From IMG/VR virus record IMGVR_UViG_3300025867_000005: a stretch of DNA of 64,000 bases, one strand, 5' to 3'. A model generated the notes under the pieces. That model did not search any database and had not been told where the DNA came from. It saw nothing but the letters and a program-made list of their open reading frames with translations. This document shows, piece by piece, positions 1 to 9,576 of the stretch; the first letter of the stretch is position 1; the number at the start of each line of letters is the position of its first letter. Source of the stretch: a virus (lineage: Duplodnaviria > Caudoviricetes). Both the position numbers and the translations under genes were made by a program.

Positions 1-876
1 TTTAAGCTTTCAACTCTATGTGGCTTTGGTAAGGGAGGAATTCGTAAAATAAACGTTACCCCTAATCATATTATTTTCGTTCCTCATGGAGAAAAGATGG
101 CTAGTGAAATTAAACCAGGAGAATCAGTATTGATTCCAGAATGGAGTTATTATTCTAAAGACCAGCATGAAATTATTCTTGGAAGTATGTTTGGAGACGG
201 AAACCTTAGATATGACAAGGGTTCTCCTCGTGGAACGTTAAGGTTTATTCATTGTCAAGAACAGACCGATTATTGTTCTTGGAAAGCGGAATCTTTCGGC
301 GAAGAAGTGCGTTTTGATATAAGAGGCCGTCCTCAATTTGAGACAAAATCATCTTCGGAGTTTGACCAGTATAAAGATTTCGGGAAGAAGCAGTTTCCGC
401 GAGAAATTAGTCAAGAACACATAGACAATCTTTCTCCTAAATCTTTTGCGATTTGGTATATGGATGATGGCAACTTTAGCGGAAGTCATGAAAAAATAGG
501 TTTTGGGAAGTGTAGAATCGGTTCTTCCTCAATTATTGGTAGAGACTTGGAAAAAATTGCCAGAAAATCAGAGGAACTTGGTCTTGGACTTCCAATGTTT
601 AAAGAAGGTGTTGGTCTTGTTTGGTATGGAGAACAAAGCGGGATGTTCCAGCGTGGAATTTCAAAATATGTCCATCCGAACATGAGATATAAAATAAAGA
701 AAGGGATGCCTGATTTTGATTGGACCGTAGAACGGAAAGAGAAAGAACTTGTCCCTGTCGCTAGGACCGTTCAGTCAGTTTCTGTTTATGTCCCTCCCAA
801 AAGACAAAGGAACAAATTCGATATAGAGGTTGACGGAAACCATTCTTACATCGCTGGAGGAATGATTGTCCACAAC
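1..876 (+). mobile_element. Contiguous intein with LAGLIDADG homing endonuclease (N-terminus outside the window)
   Basis: Block B VTPNH (55-69); LAGLIDADG-like ILGSMFGDG and AIWYMDDG; block F/G FDIEVDGNHSYIAGGMIVHN followed by Ser (+1) at 877. Confidence 0.92.
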
Positions 877-1347
877 AGTTACGGAGATAAGACAACGACT
901 CCAGCAGGAAAGGCATTGCGGCACTATGCCCACATTAGAGCTAAACTTTCCCGTATCGGACAAATCAAAGTCGGGGATGACGTTGTTGGTGTGAAGGTTA
1001 AAATGAGTTGTGTCAAGAACAAGGTGGCACCTCCTTTCAGGAATGCAGAATACACCATTACTTTCGGTATCGGTATTGATGCCGTTGTAGGAAGTGTAGA
1101 AAAGGCTATCGCCCTTGGGGTTATTGTTAAGAAGGGCGGTTGGTTCTCTTTCAACGGGAAGACTTGGCAGGGCCAACAGACGGTTGTTGATGAACTCAGA
1201 GGGAATGCTGACTTGCGTAAAGAAATCGACGCCGCTATTGATGCCAAGACGGCTGCTTCTGATAAACCTGAAGGTACTGAGATGACGGAAGAAGAAAAGA
1301 AGGAGATCGCTTCTGAAGAAGATACTGCTGAAATTTCGGTTGTCTAG
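1..1347 (+). CDS. recA: RecA-family recombinase, 5'-truncated by the window edge, containing a LAGLIDADG intein
   Basis: Frame is open from base 1. After ...IVHN the C-extein reads SYGDKTTTPAGKALRHYAHIR...KNKVAPPFR...KKGGWFS, matching RecA (TTTGGxALKFY, KNKVAPPF, GxW). Confidence 0.93.
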   Translation, partial: FKLSTLCGFGKGGIRKINVTPNHIIFVPHGEKMASEIKPGESVLIPEWSYYSKDQHEIILGSMFGDGNLRYDKGSPRGTLRFIHCQEQTDYCSWKAESFGEEVRFDIRGRPQFETKSSSEFDQYKDFGKKQFPREISQEHIDNLSPKSFAIWYMDDGNFSGSHEKIGFGKCRIGSSSIIGRDLEKIARKSEELGLGLPMFKEGVGLVWYGEQSGMFQRGISKYVHPNMRYKIKKGMPDFDWTVERKEKELVPVARTVQSVSVYVPPKRQRNKFDIEVDGNHSYIAGGMIVHNSYGDKTTTPAGKALRHYAHIRAKLSRIGQIKVGDDVVGVKVKMSCVKNKVAPPFRNAEYTITFGIGIDAVVGSVEKAIALGVIVKKGGWFSFNGKTWQGQQTVVDELRGNADLRKEIDAAIDAKTAASDKPEGTEMTEEEKKEIASEEDTAEISVV

Positions 1348-1366
1348 ATCAGATGACAGAAGTTAA

Positions 1367-1409
1367 AGAAAGAGGGTGGTATGAAAATTACCCCCTCTTT
1401 TTCTATTTT
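1367..1409 (+). terminator. Intrinsic terminator after recA
   Basis: aaagagggtggt / accccctcttt stem followed by a T-rich tract. Confidence 0.6.
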
Positions 1410-1428
1410 CAAAGAGAGGAATTCAGAC

Positions 1429-2340
1429 ATGAAAAATCTTATACTTATTGACGCTCACAACCTAGCCTACAGAATGCTTTTCGGGTTCAAGACAGGAAAA
1501 CAGGAATTATCAAGTTCGGGGAAAGAAACAAGCATTATCTACGGGTTTGTCCGTCAGATATTGTCTTTGATGAAAGATTACCAGAATTCTGATGTCATCA
1601 TATGTTGGGATTGCAAATCGAAAAGAAGAATCGCGTTGACAAACAAGGCTAAAGCGGAAGGATTAATCAAGACAGGGTACAAAGAAGAACGTCAATCTCT
1701 TTCAGAAGCCGACAAAGAAACCCTAAGTGTACAGATGGCCTATCTTAAAACGGAAATCCTTCCTAAACTTGCGGTATGTCAAATCAGTGTTGACGGATAT
1801 GAAGCTGATGATGTCATCTTCAGTTATGTTAAGAAGTACAAAGAACATGCTTGCTATATTGTTAGCAGTGACAGGGATTTTTATCAGGCGCTATCAATGC
1901 CGAATGTCCAGGTTATAGATTGTATCAATCATCGGGTTTGGACAAAAGAAAAGTTCATGGAAGAATATGGTTTTGACCCCAATCTGTATGTGGATTACGG
2001 AGCTTTTGTGGGGGAAGGCGGCGGCGGAGACAACATACCAGGAGTCCCGAATTGCGGAGATAAGACGGCACGTAAATTTGTCAAGGAATACGGCAACGTT
2101 GAAGCGATCATAAGTGCGTTACAGAAAAAAGAAACCCGCACTTTCAGAGAAGAATCTGTTTTGAAGAATCTAACTTTACTTGGTTTGTCTTATGAATTAA
2201 AGAAAATGGACTATATCGAACTTCCGGATTATTCGATACAAGAAACAGATGTTGAAGAAACCAAAAAGATGCTTGTTTCATGGGGGTTCATAAGTTTCCT
2301 CAAAAACGCAAATGTCCTTTGCCGAATTTCTCAGGACTAA
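1429..2340 (+). CDS. 5'-3' exonuclease / flap endonuclease (PolA N-terminal or T4 RNase H-like)
   Basis: LIDAHNLAYR, YEADDVI, SSDRDFYQ, DNIPGVPNCGDKTA. Start moved to the ATG after the gagagga RBS. Confidence 0.9.
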   Translation: MKNLILIDAHNLAYRMLFGFKTGKQELSSSGKETSIIYGFVRQILSLMKDYQNSDVIICWDCKSKRRIALTNKAKAEGLIKTGYKEERQSLSEADKETLSVQMAYLKTEILPKLAVCQISVDGYEADDVIFSYVKKYKEHACYIVSSDRDFYQALSMPNVQVIDCINHRVWTKEKFMEEYGFDPNLYVDYGAFVGEGGGGDNIPGVPNCGDKTARKFVKEYGNVEAIISALQKKETRTFREESVLKNLTLLGLSYELKKMDYIELPDYSIQETDVEETKKMLVSWGFISFLKNANVLCRISQD

Positions 2341-2367
2341 AACTATACTATTCAAAAGGTGGTGAAG

Positions 2368-2937
2368 ATGAAAATAGCATTGGCAGGCCCGGCTGGAACC
2401 GGCAAATCAAAGGTAGCGGAATCCATAAGCAATGAAAAAGGAATCCTTTTTCTACGGGCGAAAGAGATTACAAATCCGATTCTGAAAAGGGACGGATATG
2501 ATTATTCCAGCGGGATGAAAGTGGAAAAATTTCTACAAACGATACCTAGACAGATGGAATTGCTGAAGAAAACCAAAGAAATGCAATCCGTTTCGATGTT
2601 TATTACAGACAGGTGTTTCGTGGATCTTGCCGCTTACGCTTTGTCAAGTTCAGAGACACTCGACACAGAAACGATAGACAAAATTGTTTCAGATTCCAAA
2701 ACCTATTGCTTGCGATATTCGCACATCTATCTTTTCAAATTGGGCAAACTTTTGGACAACCAGAAAAGAACACTTTGTCGGAATTATCAAGAGATGATCT
2801 ATATGCTGGAATTGGGATTGCTTACCGATTGGGGTATTCCTTTCACGATTATTGAGAACAATGATCTTGACCCTGTTCCTAAAGTACAAAGGATAATCAA
2901 TGACGTATGGACTGCGGTAAAACAAGATGCGCATTAA
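2368..2937 (+). CDS. P-loop nucleotide kinase-like protein (AAA_28/NadR-like)
   Basis: IALAGPAGTGKS Walker A; FITDR motif. Confidence 0.7.
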   Translation: MKIALAGPAGTGKSKVAESISNEKGILFLRAKEITNPILKRDGYDYSSGMKVEKFLQTIPRQMELLKKTKEMQSVSMFITDRCFVDLAAYALSSSETLDTETIDKIVSDSKTYCLRYSHIYLFKLGKLLDNQKRTLCRNYQEMIYMLELGLLTDWGIPFTIIENNDLDPVPKVQRIINDVWTAVKQDAH

Positions 2938-3185
2938 ACTATAATGTCTATGTCGTCAAGAACAGTAGAATCGTCGTGACATGGTGCAGAAATTGTGAAA
3001 AAGCGAAAAGATTGAAAAATGCGTTCTGTTTGCTCAGCAAAGTTGTTCAGAAAAAAGAAGACGTATTTAAGAAGTTAACTTCTAATACTAATCACAAAAC
3101 CAGATTTAACGGGAATGTCATTGATGATTCCTGCATATTTGCTGTAGGATTTACATTCAGACTATGGAATAAGAAAAATGGCTAG
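2907..3185 (+). CDS. Hypothetical protein
   Basis: Fills the gap between co-oriented genes; start uncertain. Confidence 0.35.
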   Translation: MDCGKTRCALNYNVYVVKNSRIVVTWCRNCEKAKRLKNAFCLLSKVVQKKEDVFKKLTSNTNHKTRFNGNVIDDSCIFAVGFTFRLWNKKNG

Positions 3186-4128
3186 ATTCGGATTTTACAC
3201 AGATTCACATATTACCGAAAACCGTCCGGTACACCGCACGGATGATTATGTCAATACTATCCCTGAAAAGATAGAAATGATTTATGATTTCGCCGCACAG
3301 AATGACTTTGACTTTATGACATTCGGAGGAGACCTTTGCGACAGATATCAAATCTTTTCCTATCCCGTCATTAACAGGGTCATCAAGGCAATCAATCTCA
3401 CCACATATGCCTGTATCGGAGAACATGACCTATACGGACATGCTCCAGAAACCTTCAGCGGTTCAGCGTTATCATTTATCTGTAACTATTGCCATAATTT
3501 CCGGATATTGTGGCAACCCGTACATCTGGAAAACGGAATCTCCATATATGCCAAACACGAATGGGAGACAATGGAATCAGCAGCCAAGACTGAAGTTGAC
3601 AAGTCACGGTTTAATGTCTTGCTTTGTCACGAATTGTTATACAATAAGAAGATGCCTTTCGGGATAATAGACACTAAGGATTTGGATTTGCCTTTTGATC
3701 TTGTGTGTTCAGGGGATTTGCATTGCGGATATACTACGCACAAGGTTAAAAACACATGGTATTGTAATCCTGGAAGTCTGGCTAGAAAAACTACGGCTGA
3801 TGCGAAAAGAATGCCGAAATTACTGATGATAGATGCCGTCAAGGGTAAAGAACCAGGCATTCGCGAAATTATCGTTCCGAGGTCAAGACCGGGTAATGAA
3901 GTTTTCTCTGTCGGTATTTCTGAAACGGTTAAGAAACTGATTTCAGAAATGGATATCAGCGGAGTCGTAGATTCGATTAATGAAACCACTAACCTTAGTA
4001 GAGATGAACACACTGACATCTTTGAACTCTTCCAACAGCATTCTCAACAAGTGAAGATTCCGGATAAAGTGCTTGAATACTACAAAGAAGTCTGTGAACG
4101 CATAAACAAAGAGAAGGCAAAGAAATGA
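3178..4128 (+). CDS. SbcD/Mre11-like metallophosphoesterase nuclease
   Basis: TDSHI, GGDL, GEHD, CHE, SGDLH, NPGSL motifs. Confidence 0.82.
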   Translation: MARFGFYTDSHITENRPVHRTDDYVNTIPEKIEMIYDFAAQNDFDFMTFGGDLCDRYQIFSYPVINRVIKAINLTTYACIGEHDLYGHAPETFSGSALSFICNYCHNFRILWQPVHLENGISIYAKHEWETMESAAKTEVDKSRFNVLLCHELLYNKKMPFGIIDTKDLDLPFDLVCSGDLHCGYTTHKVKNTWYCNPGSLARKTTADAKRMPKLLMIDAVKGKEPGIREIIVPRSRPGNEVFSVGISETVKKLISEMDISGVVDSINETTNLSRDEHTDIFELFQQHSQQVKIPDKVLEYYKEVCERINKEKAKK

Positions 4129-5024
4129 AGACTTATTATGATCTGTCTACTTGCTATAGCATTACAGTAGATGACGGGGAAATCATTAAGGTCAGCAATA
4201 AAAGACTTTTCAAGTACGATGTTGCCTTGACGTATACCGAAGAAGAAAAGGTCAAGTACGGAAGTTTTGGAACCGCTATGTATTCTGGTAGACAGGGAAA
4301 GCAATATGTAGAATACATCAACACGTTTTTGGTAGACAGTAGCGGAGGCAGCCAGAAGGTTGATATATTAAGCGGTAGCGCGATTTGCAGTATTACCCAG
4401 CCTGATATATCAGTTTTAAAAGAACTCGGTGTACCGGCTTTCTGGACGAACTTGACAGACTTCATGCCGATATTTGGATACGTGTGTTTTCATGAAAAGT
4501 TGGCCCCGATGCATTCTTATTTTGAATCCAAGGCACAGCCGTTAGAAGAATCCGAATACAAGAAAGTTGCAGAAGTCTTGGATTTTCTTCCTGGTGATGA
4601 TATCGGGCAACTTGCGCAATACCTTCTTCACGGCGGCATTGCCTATAACGGAATAATGGAATCTGTTCTACCCAATCCTTTCTATGGCAAGACGCTTTCT
4701 CTTTTGCCGCTTTCTAAACCGACAGGAAAACAAACGGTTCTGATTACCAGAGATATGTTTCAGAACAAAGTTACGAAAGACCATTTTGTCAATGAATTGG
4801 CAACTTATTGTCCTGTTTCTGTGACTTTAGATGAAGAACAGAAAAAGATTTTCGGTGATTTTGAAAACCTAAGCTTTTATTGTGGAACCTACCCTCAATA
4901 TCTGTCTTCTTTTTGGGGACTTATAACCAAGTTGTCAGACTCTAAGGTCGGATATGTGTTCTCTTATGACATGCCTTATGCCGTTGTCGCTGGCACTAAT
5001 ATGATCGGACAAAAACAAATCTAA
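4125..5024 (+). CDS. Hypothetical protein
   Basis: 299 aa ORF, ATGA-coupled to the upstream gene; no motif recognised. Confidence 0.7.
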   Translation: MKTYYDLSTCYSITVDDGEIIKVSNKRLFKYDVALTYTEEEKVKYGSFGTAMYSGRQGKQYVEYINTFLVDSSGGSQKVDILSGSAICSITQPDISVLKELGVPAFWTNLTDFMPIFGYVCFHEKLAPMHSYFESKAQPLEESEYKKVAEVLDFLPGDDIGQLAQYLLHGGIAYNGIMESVLPNPFYGKTLSLLPLSKPTGKQTVLITRDMFQNKVTKDHFVNELATYCPVSVTLDEEQKKIFGDFENLSFYCGTYPQYLSSFWGLITKLSDSKVGYVFSYDMPYAVVAGTNMIGQKQI

Positions 5025-5070
5025 GTTCAATCTATTATCTTGAACCTTATCTGAAAAGAAAGAAAATGCT

Positions 5071-6834
5071 ATGAATAATGAAATATACCCCGAATCCTGC
5101 GTCGACAGGCTGGAAAATTGCAAGAAAATCCTTATCGTCAAGCCGAATAAAGAATACGACGGTTCAAAAGAACTGAAAGAAATGTGCATTGACAAAAGGG
5201 AAGTCAGTTTCACCTATCCTAAACCCGATGTCGATTTAGTTTCAGAAGCATATGCCAGTGGCGCTGATCTCGTGATACAAATCGGAAGCAGACAGACAAG
5301 GAAACTGCGGTATTATGAAGGCATGGATGACACTCTTAGGAAAGACATTTTCAACTGTGTAGAAGATAAATTCTTCAATTACCACCACCATGATGAATAC
5401 AGTTGGCGGGATGCTCTTGAAACAGTCGGGCGTTATGACAAAGAAACGAAGAAATGGAAGGGACTGGCAGGTCTTCTATTGGCGCAAAACCGCAAGTTTA
5501 TGTCAGTCACGAATCACGGCGGCATCGCCGGATGGATCAAACAGAGTCAGGTCTGTGATGAAACAGGAATCAAACCTATCTATGGGCTAGAGGCATACTA
5601 TAGCAATTACAGAGGTGAAGACCCGGAACAGAAGAAGTTAAACAGAAGTGCAAACCATCTTATTCTTCTAGCTAAAAACATCGAAGGCTATTACAACATC
5701 ATCAAGATACACAATGACGCTCAACTCAATGGATTCTACTACAGCCCGAGAACTTGTGATGAGGCTTTAAAGAAATACGGGAAAGGAATTGTAGCGACTT
5801 CAGCATGTTTTGCTGGAGAATTAGCCCAGTTGGTGATGGCAGACAAATGGGAAGAGGCGAAAGAAAGATACCGGTTCTATGAATCTTGTTTCGACAAGTT
5901 CTTTATCGAAATCCAATTGATCGAGATGAAGGAACAAAAAGAAGTAAACAGAAGGCTGATCAAGCTTGCCGGAGAAGTCGGGGCAGAACTGACAATCGGC
6001 ATTGACAGTCATTATCTCTATCCTGAACATAGTGAAACCCATGAATTGATGATGTGTATCCGTCAAGGAAGGACTATTCAAGACCTTCAGAAAGAAGATG
6101 ATGATACTTGGAAATTCACGGTAAAGAATCTGTTCTACAGGAACTATGAACAAATCCTTGACTTGTTCACAACCGGATTTATAGACAATGAAGGCGAGCA
6201 TGTGGAACCATACGAAGACGATGTTTTTACAATGGAGGTCTTTGAAAAGGCTTGTCAAAACACCAGATGGATAGCCGTCAACTGTGAAGATTATAAAATC
6301 GACAAGTCAATCAAGCTCCCGAAGCTGTATGATAACAGTGAAGAAGTTTTGTCTAAAATGGCATGGGAAGGTTTCAAAAGAAAAGGGTTCGATATCCAAC
6401 CAGATCCTAAAACCTATTCTGAACGTTTAGAATATGAATTGGATGTCATCTGTTTGGCGGGTTGGGCAGACTATTTCCTTATCACGAAAATGATAGTGGA
6501 TAAGGCTATCGAATTGAGAGGTGAATGGGGAACCGGAATAGGGCGCGGGTGTTTTGTTCCTTGGAACAGGGTAATTACAGAGAACAAAATACCAGTATTT
6601 ATATCTGATGTTAAAATCGGTGAATTTGTGTATTCGCATGACGGAACACTTAATGAAGTAATTGACAAATTTATTTATGATGTAAAAGAAGAATTAATAG
6701 AAATTGAAACTGAAGATGGAAGAAAAATCAATTGTACTTTAAACCATAGAATTCTTGTAACAAGGAACCAAAAAGAAGAATGGGTAGAAGCTCAAAACCT
6801 ACTAGAAGGAGATGATATCGTAGATCTTTTTTGA
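5071..6834 (+). CDS. dnaE: DnaE piece 1: PHP domain and start of palm, fused to N-terminal split-intein half
   Basis: YHHHDEYS, VTNHG, IKPIYGLEAY, HLILLAKN, TSACFAGE, DSHY, YSERLEYELDVI...DYFLI, GIGRG|CFVP. Confidence 0.92.
   Translation: MNNEIYPESCVDRLENCKKILIVKPNKEYDGSKELKEMCIDKREVSFTYPKPDVDLVSEAYASGADLVIQIGSRQTRKLRYYEGMDDTLRKDIFNCVEDKFFNYHHHDEYSWRDALETVGRYDKETKKWKGLAGLLLAQNRKFMSVTNHGGIAGWIKQSQVCDETGIKPIYGLEAYYSNYRGEDPEQKKLNRSANHLILLAKNIEGYYNIIKIHNDAQLNGFYYSPRTCDEALKKYGKGIVATSACFAGELAQLVMADKWEEAKERYRFYESCFDKFFIEIQLIEMKEQKEVNRRLIKLAGEVGAELTIGIDSHYLYPEHSETHELMMCIRQGRTIQDLQKEDDDTWKFTVKNLFYRNYEQILDLFTTGFIDNEGEHVEPYEDDVFTMEVFEKACQNTRWIAVNCEDYKIDKSIKLPKLYDNSEEVLSKMAWEGFKRKGFDIQPDPKTYSERLEYELDVICLAGWADYFLITKMIVDKAIELRGEWGTGIGRGCFVPWNRVITENKIPVFISDVKIGEFVYSHDGTLNEVIDKFIYDVKEELIEIETEDGRKINCTLNHRILVTRNQKEEWVEAQNLLEGDDIVDLF
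6550..6831 (+). mobile_element. Split intein N-half (94 aa) of dnaE
   Basis: Begins with Cys (CFVPWNRV) directly after GRG; block B CTLNH; ends WVEAQNLLEGDDIVDLF then stop. Confidence 0.9.
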
Positions 6835-6883
6835 TTTTGGCCTCTATGCTTAGATAGTGGTAGTATTTAAAAGGAAGCTTTAC

Positions 6884-8410
6884 ATGGGGAACGTTTATCA
6901 CAGAATAGAAGATGTGCCAGAATGGATTCGTCCTTTCATTGAAGAACGTACAATAAAAAGCATAGATGTCAGAACGAACAAGAATGTAGAATACAAATAT
7001 TTCGGGAAACTACCGATTCCTATAAACGAAATGCTAATTCATGAAAATGAATTGAATAAACATTTGAAGTGGGATGTGTCTGGTACGTGTTATAGTTGTG
7101 GAAATCATTTTGTTACGACTTGGAATTCACTTTTAGCAAGAAAGAAACATGCAAAAGAAGAATTCTGTGGTAAATGTCTTCGAAAGGAACAATTTACTGA
7201 AGAATGGCGGCGGCATAATTCAGAAGCTCAGAAAAAAGTGCAAGGCACACCAGAAGCTAGACGTAAAATGTCTGAAATTTTGAAAGAAGTACATCGAAAA
7301 GACCCAGAAATAAGAAAAAGGATTGGAGAATCTTTACGTCGTGGATACAAAGAACATCCAGAAAGAAGAGAAAAAGTTTCTGAAGACTTAAGAAAACGCT
7401 GGAAGGATGCCGAAGGTCAGCAGAAGTTTATGGGACGTGGATTTTATTATGGATGGGTATTTACAAGGTGTGGAAGAATCTTTTTTGCTAGTTCTTGGGA
7501 ATTGATGTTTCTTTTATGGTGTGACAATAACACGGAAGTTTGTTCTTTCAAAAGGTGTACGGATCATGTTCCTTACAAAACGACATTAGGGAAACCCTCA
7601 AACTATTATCCAGATTTCGAAATGGAAATTGGTGGAACTCAATATGTCGTGGAAATCAAAGGAAATCTTTCTGAATTTGAAACAGTTCAACGTAAAAAAG
7701 AGGCAGCAGAATCTTTTTATTTTGGCAATAAAAGATATATTATTCTTTACAAGGCTGACTTGGAAAGAATGGGAATTCTAAAGTATAACAAAAAAGTAGA
7801 ACTTTGGATTTCTGAACTTTGTGATTCTAATAAAATCGAATGTTGTGGTTTCGGCAAGTTTAAGAACACCAAAAGCTTCGAAAATTATCTCGCGAATAAA
7901 TTATCCGAAAGGAAAGAAAAGCAGCGGATAAAAGAAGAGAAAAAACACAAAATGCGTCTTGATGTTAAGTGCCCTGAGTTACTCTTACAGTGGAACTACA
8001 ACAAGAATGATAAAGGTCCAGACTTTTATCCATATTGGTCTTCGGAAAAGGCATGGTGGATTTGTTCAGACTGCGGGAATGAATGGAAACAAACAATTTC
8101 TAGCAGGACATGCACGCCCATAAGAAATTCTTGTCCAGTTTGTGCCAAAAAGAGGTTACGGAAGGAAATGTCAGAAAGATCCAAAAGGATGTCTTTAATA
8201 CGTTTCGGTCAGAAAAATCTTGAAGAAGAAAGACTAAAGTACATTAACGAAATTAAGCGTCAAATTTCTGAGACAGGAATCGTTCCGACAAGGGAAGAAT
8301 TTTTAATGAAATCAAAAATGTCGTTTGTTTATTTGTATAAAATTTTCGGGGCTTATAACTTATTAGTAGAAGAATCAGGATTTACTCCAAGAAAAAGAAA
8401 GAGAGAATAG
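6884..8410 (+). mobile_element. Free-standing putative homing endonuclease between the dnaE split-intein halves
   Basis: NUMOD3-like repeats (PEARRKMSE, PEIRKRIGES, PERREKVSE); TnsA-N-like SSWE...YYPDF...VEIKG nuclease core; Zn ribbon (WWICSDCGNEW...CPVC). Confidence 0.78.
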
Positions 8411-8650
8411 ATGTCTAAAATTAAATCGTTAAAAAAGATGGAATATAATGGGAAAGTATATGATTTGTGTGTTAGGAATACGCACACATACAATATAGAA
8501 GGATTAGCGGTACATAATTCAGCCGGTGGGTCATTAGTTTCGTTTTGTACGGGTATTACAGATATTGACCCGATCAAGTACGATCTTCTGTTCGAACGTT
8601 TTCTTGATTTTAGCCGAAGTGAAATCAAGGTCAATGGATTTGAAGCCTAA
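8411..8650 (+). CDS. dnaE: DnaE piece 2: 36 aa C-terminal split-intein half plus 43 aa DnaE C-extein
   Basis: MSKIKSLKK...VYDLCV...[10 protein letters not shown]|[33 protein letters not shown]. Confidence 0.92.
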   Translation: MSKIKSLKKMEYNGKVYDLCVRNTHTYNIEGLAVHNSAGGSLVSFCTGITDIDPIKYDLLFERFLDFSRSEIKVNGFEA

Positions 8651-8653
8651 TAC

Positions 8654-8682
8654 TTGACAGTCGTGTTCTTAAATGCTAAAGT
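8654..8682 (+). promoter_or_regulatory. sigma70-type promoter with extended -10
   Basis: TTGACA-17 bp-TAAAGT preceded by TGc. Confidence 0.65.
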
Positions 8683-8709
8683 GTTTGTCAACTTGAAAGG
8701 TGTAAAAGA

Positions 8710-9576
8710 ATGAATGTTTTGTCCTTGTGCGATGGAATTAGTTGCGGTAGGCTTGCTCTGCAACGGGCAGGTCTAAATGTCGAAAGATATTTTAGTTCTG
8801 AAATTGACAACAATGCGATTGCAATTTCCGAAAAGAACTGGACTGATCAAATCAGGTTGGGTGATCTTAATCTGATTACTCATGAACTAATTGATTCTAT
8901 GCCACAAATAAACCTTGTGATGTTCGGAAGTCCATGTCAGAGTTTTTCACGTCTTGGGAAACAAGAAGGCTTTGATGGGAAATCTGGGCTATTTCATATC
9001 TGTCAAAGAATACTTTCCTATATCCAATCGAAGAATACAGACGTGAAGTTTCTCGTGGAAAACGTAGATATGAAAGAAGAATGGAAGGACATAATCTCTT
9101 CCAAGCTTGGTGTTAGCCCTATTAAAATAGACAGTCGTCTACTTTCTCCTGCTAAACGCAAACGCATTTACTGGACGAATATCAAAACCGATATTCCACA
9201 AGAACTAGGTTTGACATTCGATGACATTAATGATGGTTCTCAAAACTGGATTGACGATAATATTATTCGTAAAATTGAGGCATGGAAAGCACAACAAAAA
9301 CCCCTTAAAAATGCTGTTGTTATCGGCGCTAAACAAAAGCTTCCTTGTTTAACCGCAAGAGGATATAATCAGTACCATTCTGGTATGATTCTTATTACTG
9401 ATGGAAACGGAAGGTATCGGTATTTAACGAACCTTGAAGGTGAACGGGCAATGACACTTCCGGACGGATACACAGATGCTTTTACCGGAAAGCAATCAGA
9501 CAAATTTCGTAGTCATGCTATCGGAAACGGCTGGACTGTAGACGTGATCGCCCATATCCTAAAAGGAATCAAGTAA
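8710..9576 (+). CDS. DNA (cytosine-5) methyltransferase
   Basis: LSLCDGISCG, GSPCQ, ENV, RKRIYW, IGNGWTV. Confidence 0.9.
   Translation: MNVLSLCDGISCGRLALQRAGLNVERYFSSEIDNNAIAISEKNWTDQIRLGDLNLITHELIDSMPQINLVMFGSPCQSFSRLGKQEGFDGKSGLFHICQRILSYIQSKNTDVKFLVENVDMKEEWKDIISSKLGVSPIKIDSRLLSPAKRKRIYWTNIKTDIPQELGLTFDDINDGSQNWIDDNIIRKIEAWKAQQKPLKNAVVIGAKQKLPCLTARGYNQYHSGMILITDGNGRYRYLTNLEGERAMTLPDGYTDAFTGKQSDKFRSHAIGNGWTVDVIAHILKGIK

Noticed and set aside
6832-8410. Group I/II intron explaining the dnaE and ligase interruptions
   Set aside because: The gaps around the endonuclease ORFs are only about 50 nt upstream and zero or overlapping downstream, too short for a ribozyme core. Each C-half has its own Met start.
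8560-8710. Frameshift or read-through continuing dnaE after piece 2
   Set aside because: The stop is followed by a promoter and a methyltransferase gene. The PDID motif occurs only in the gene at 15066.
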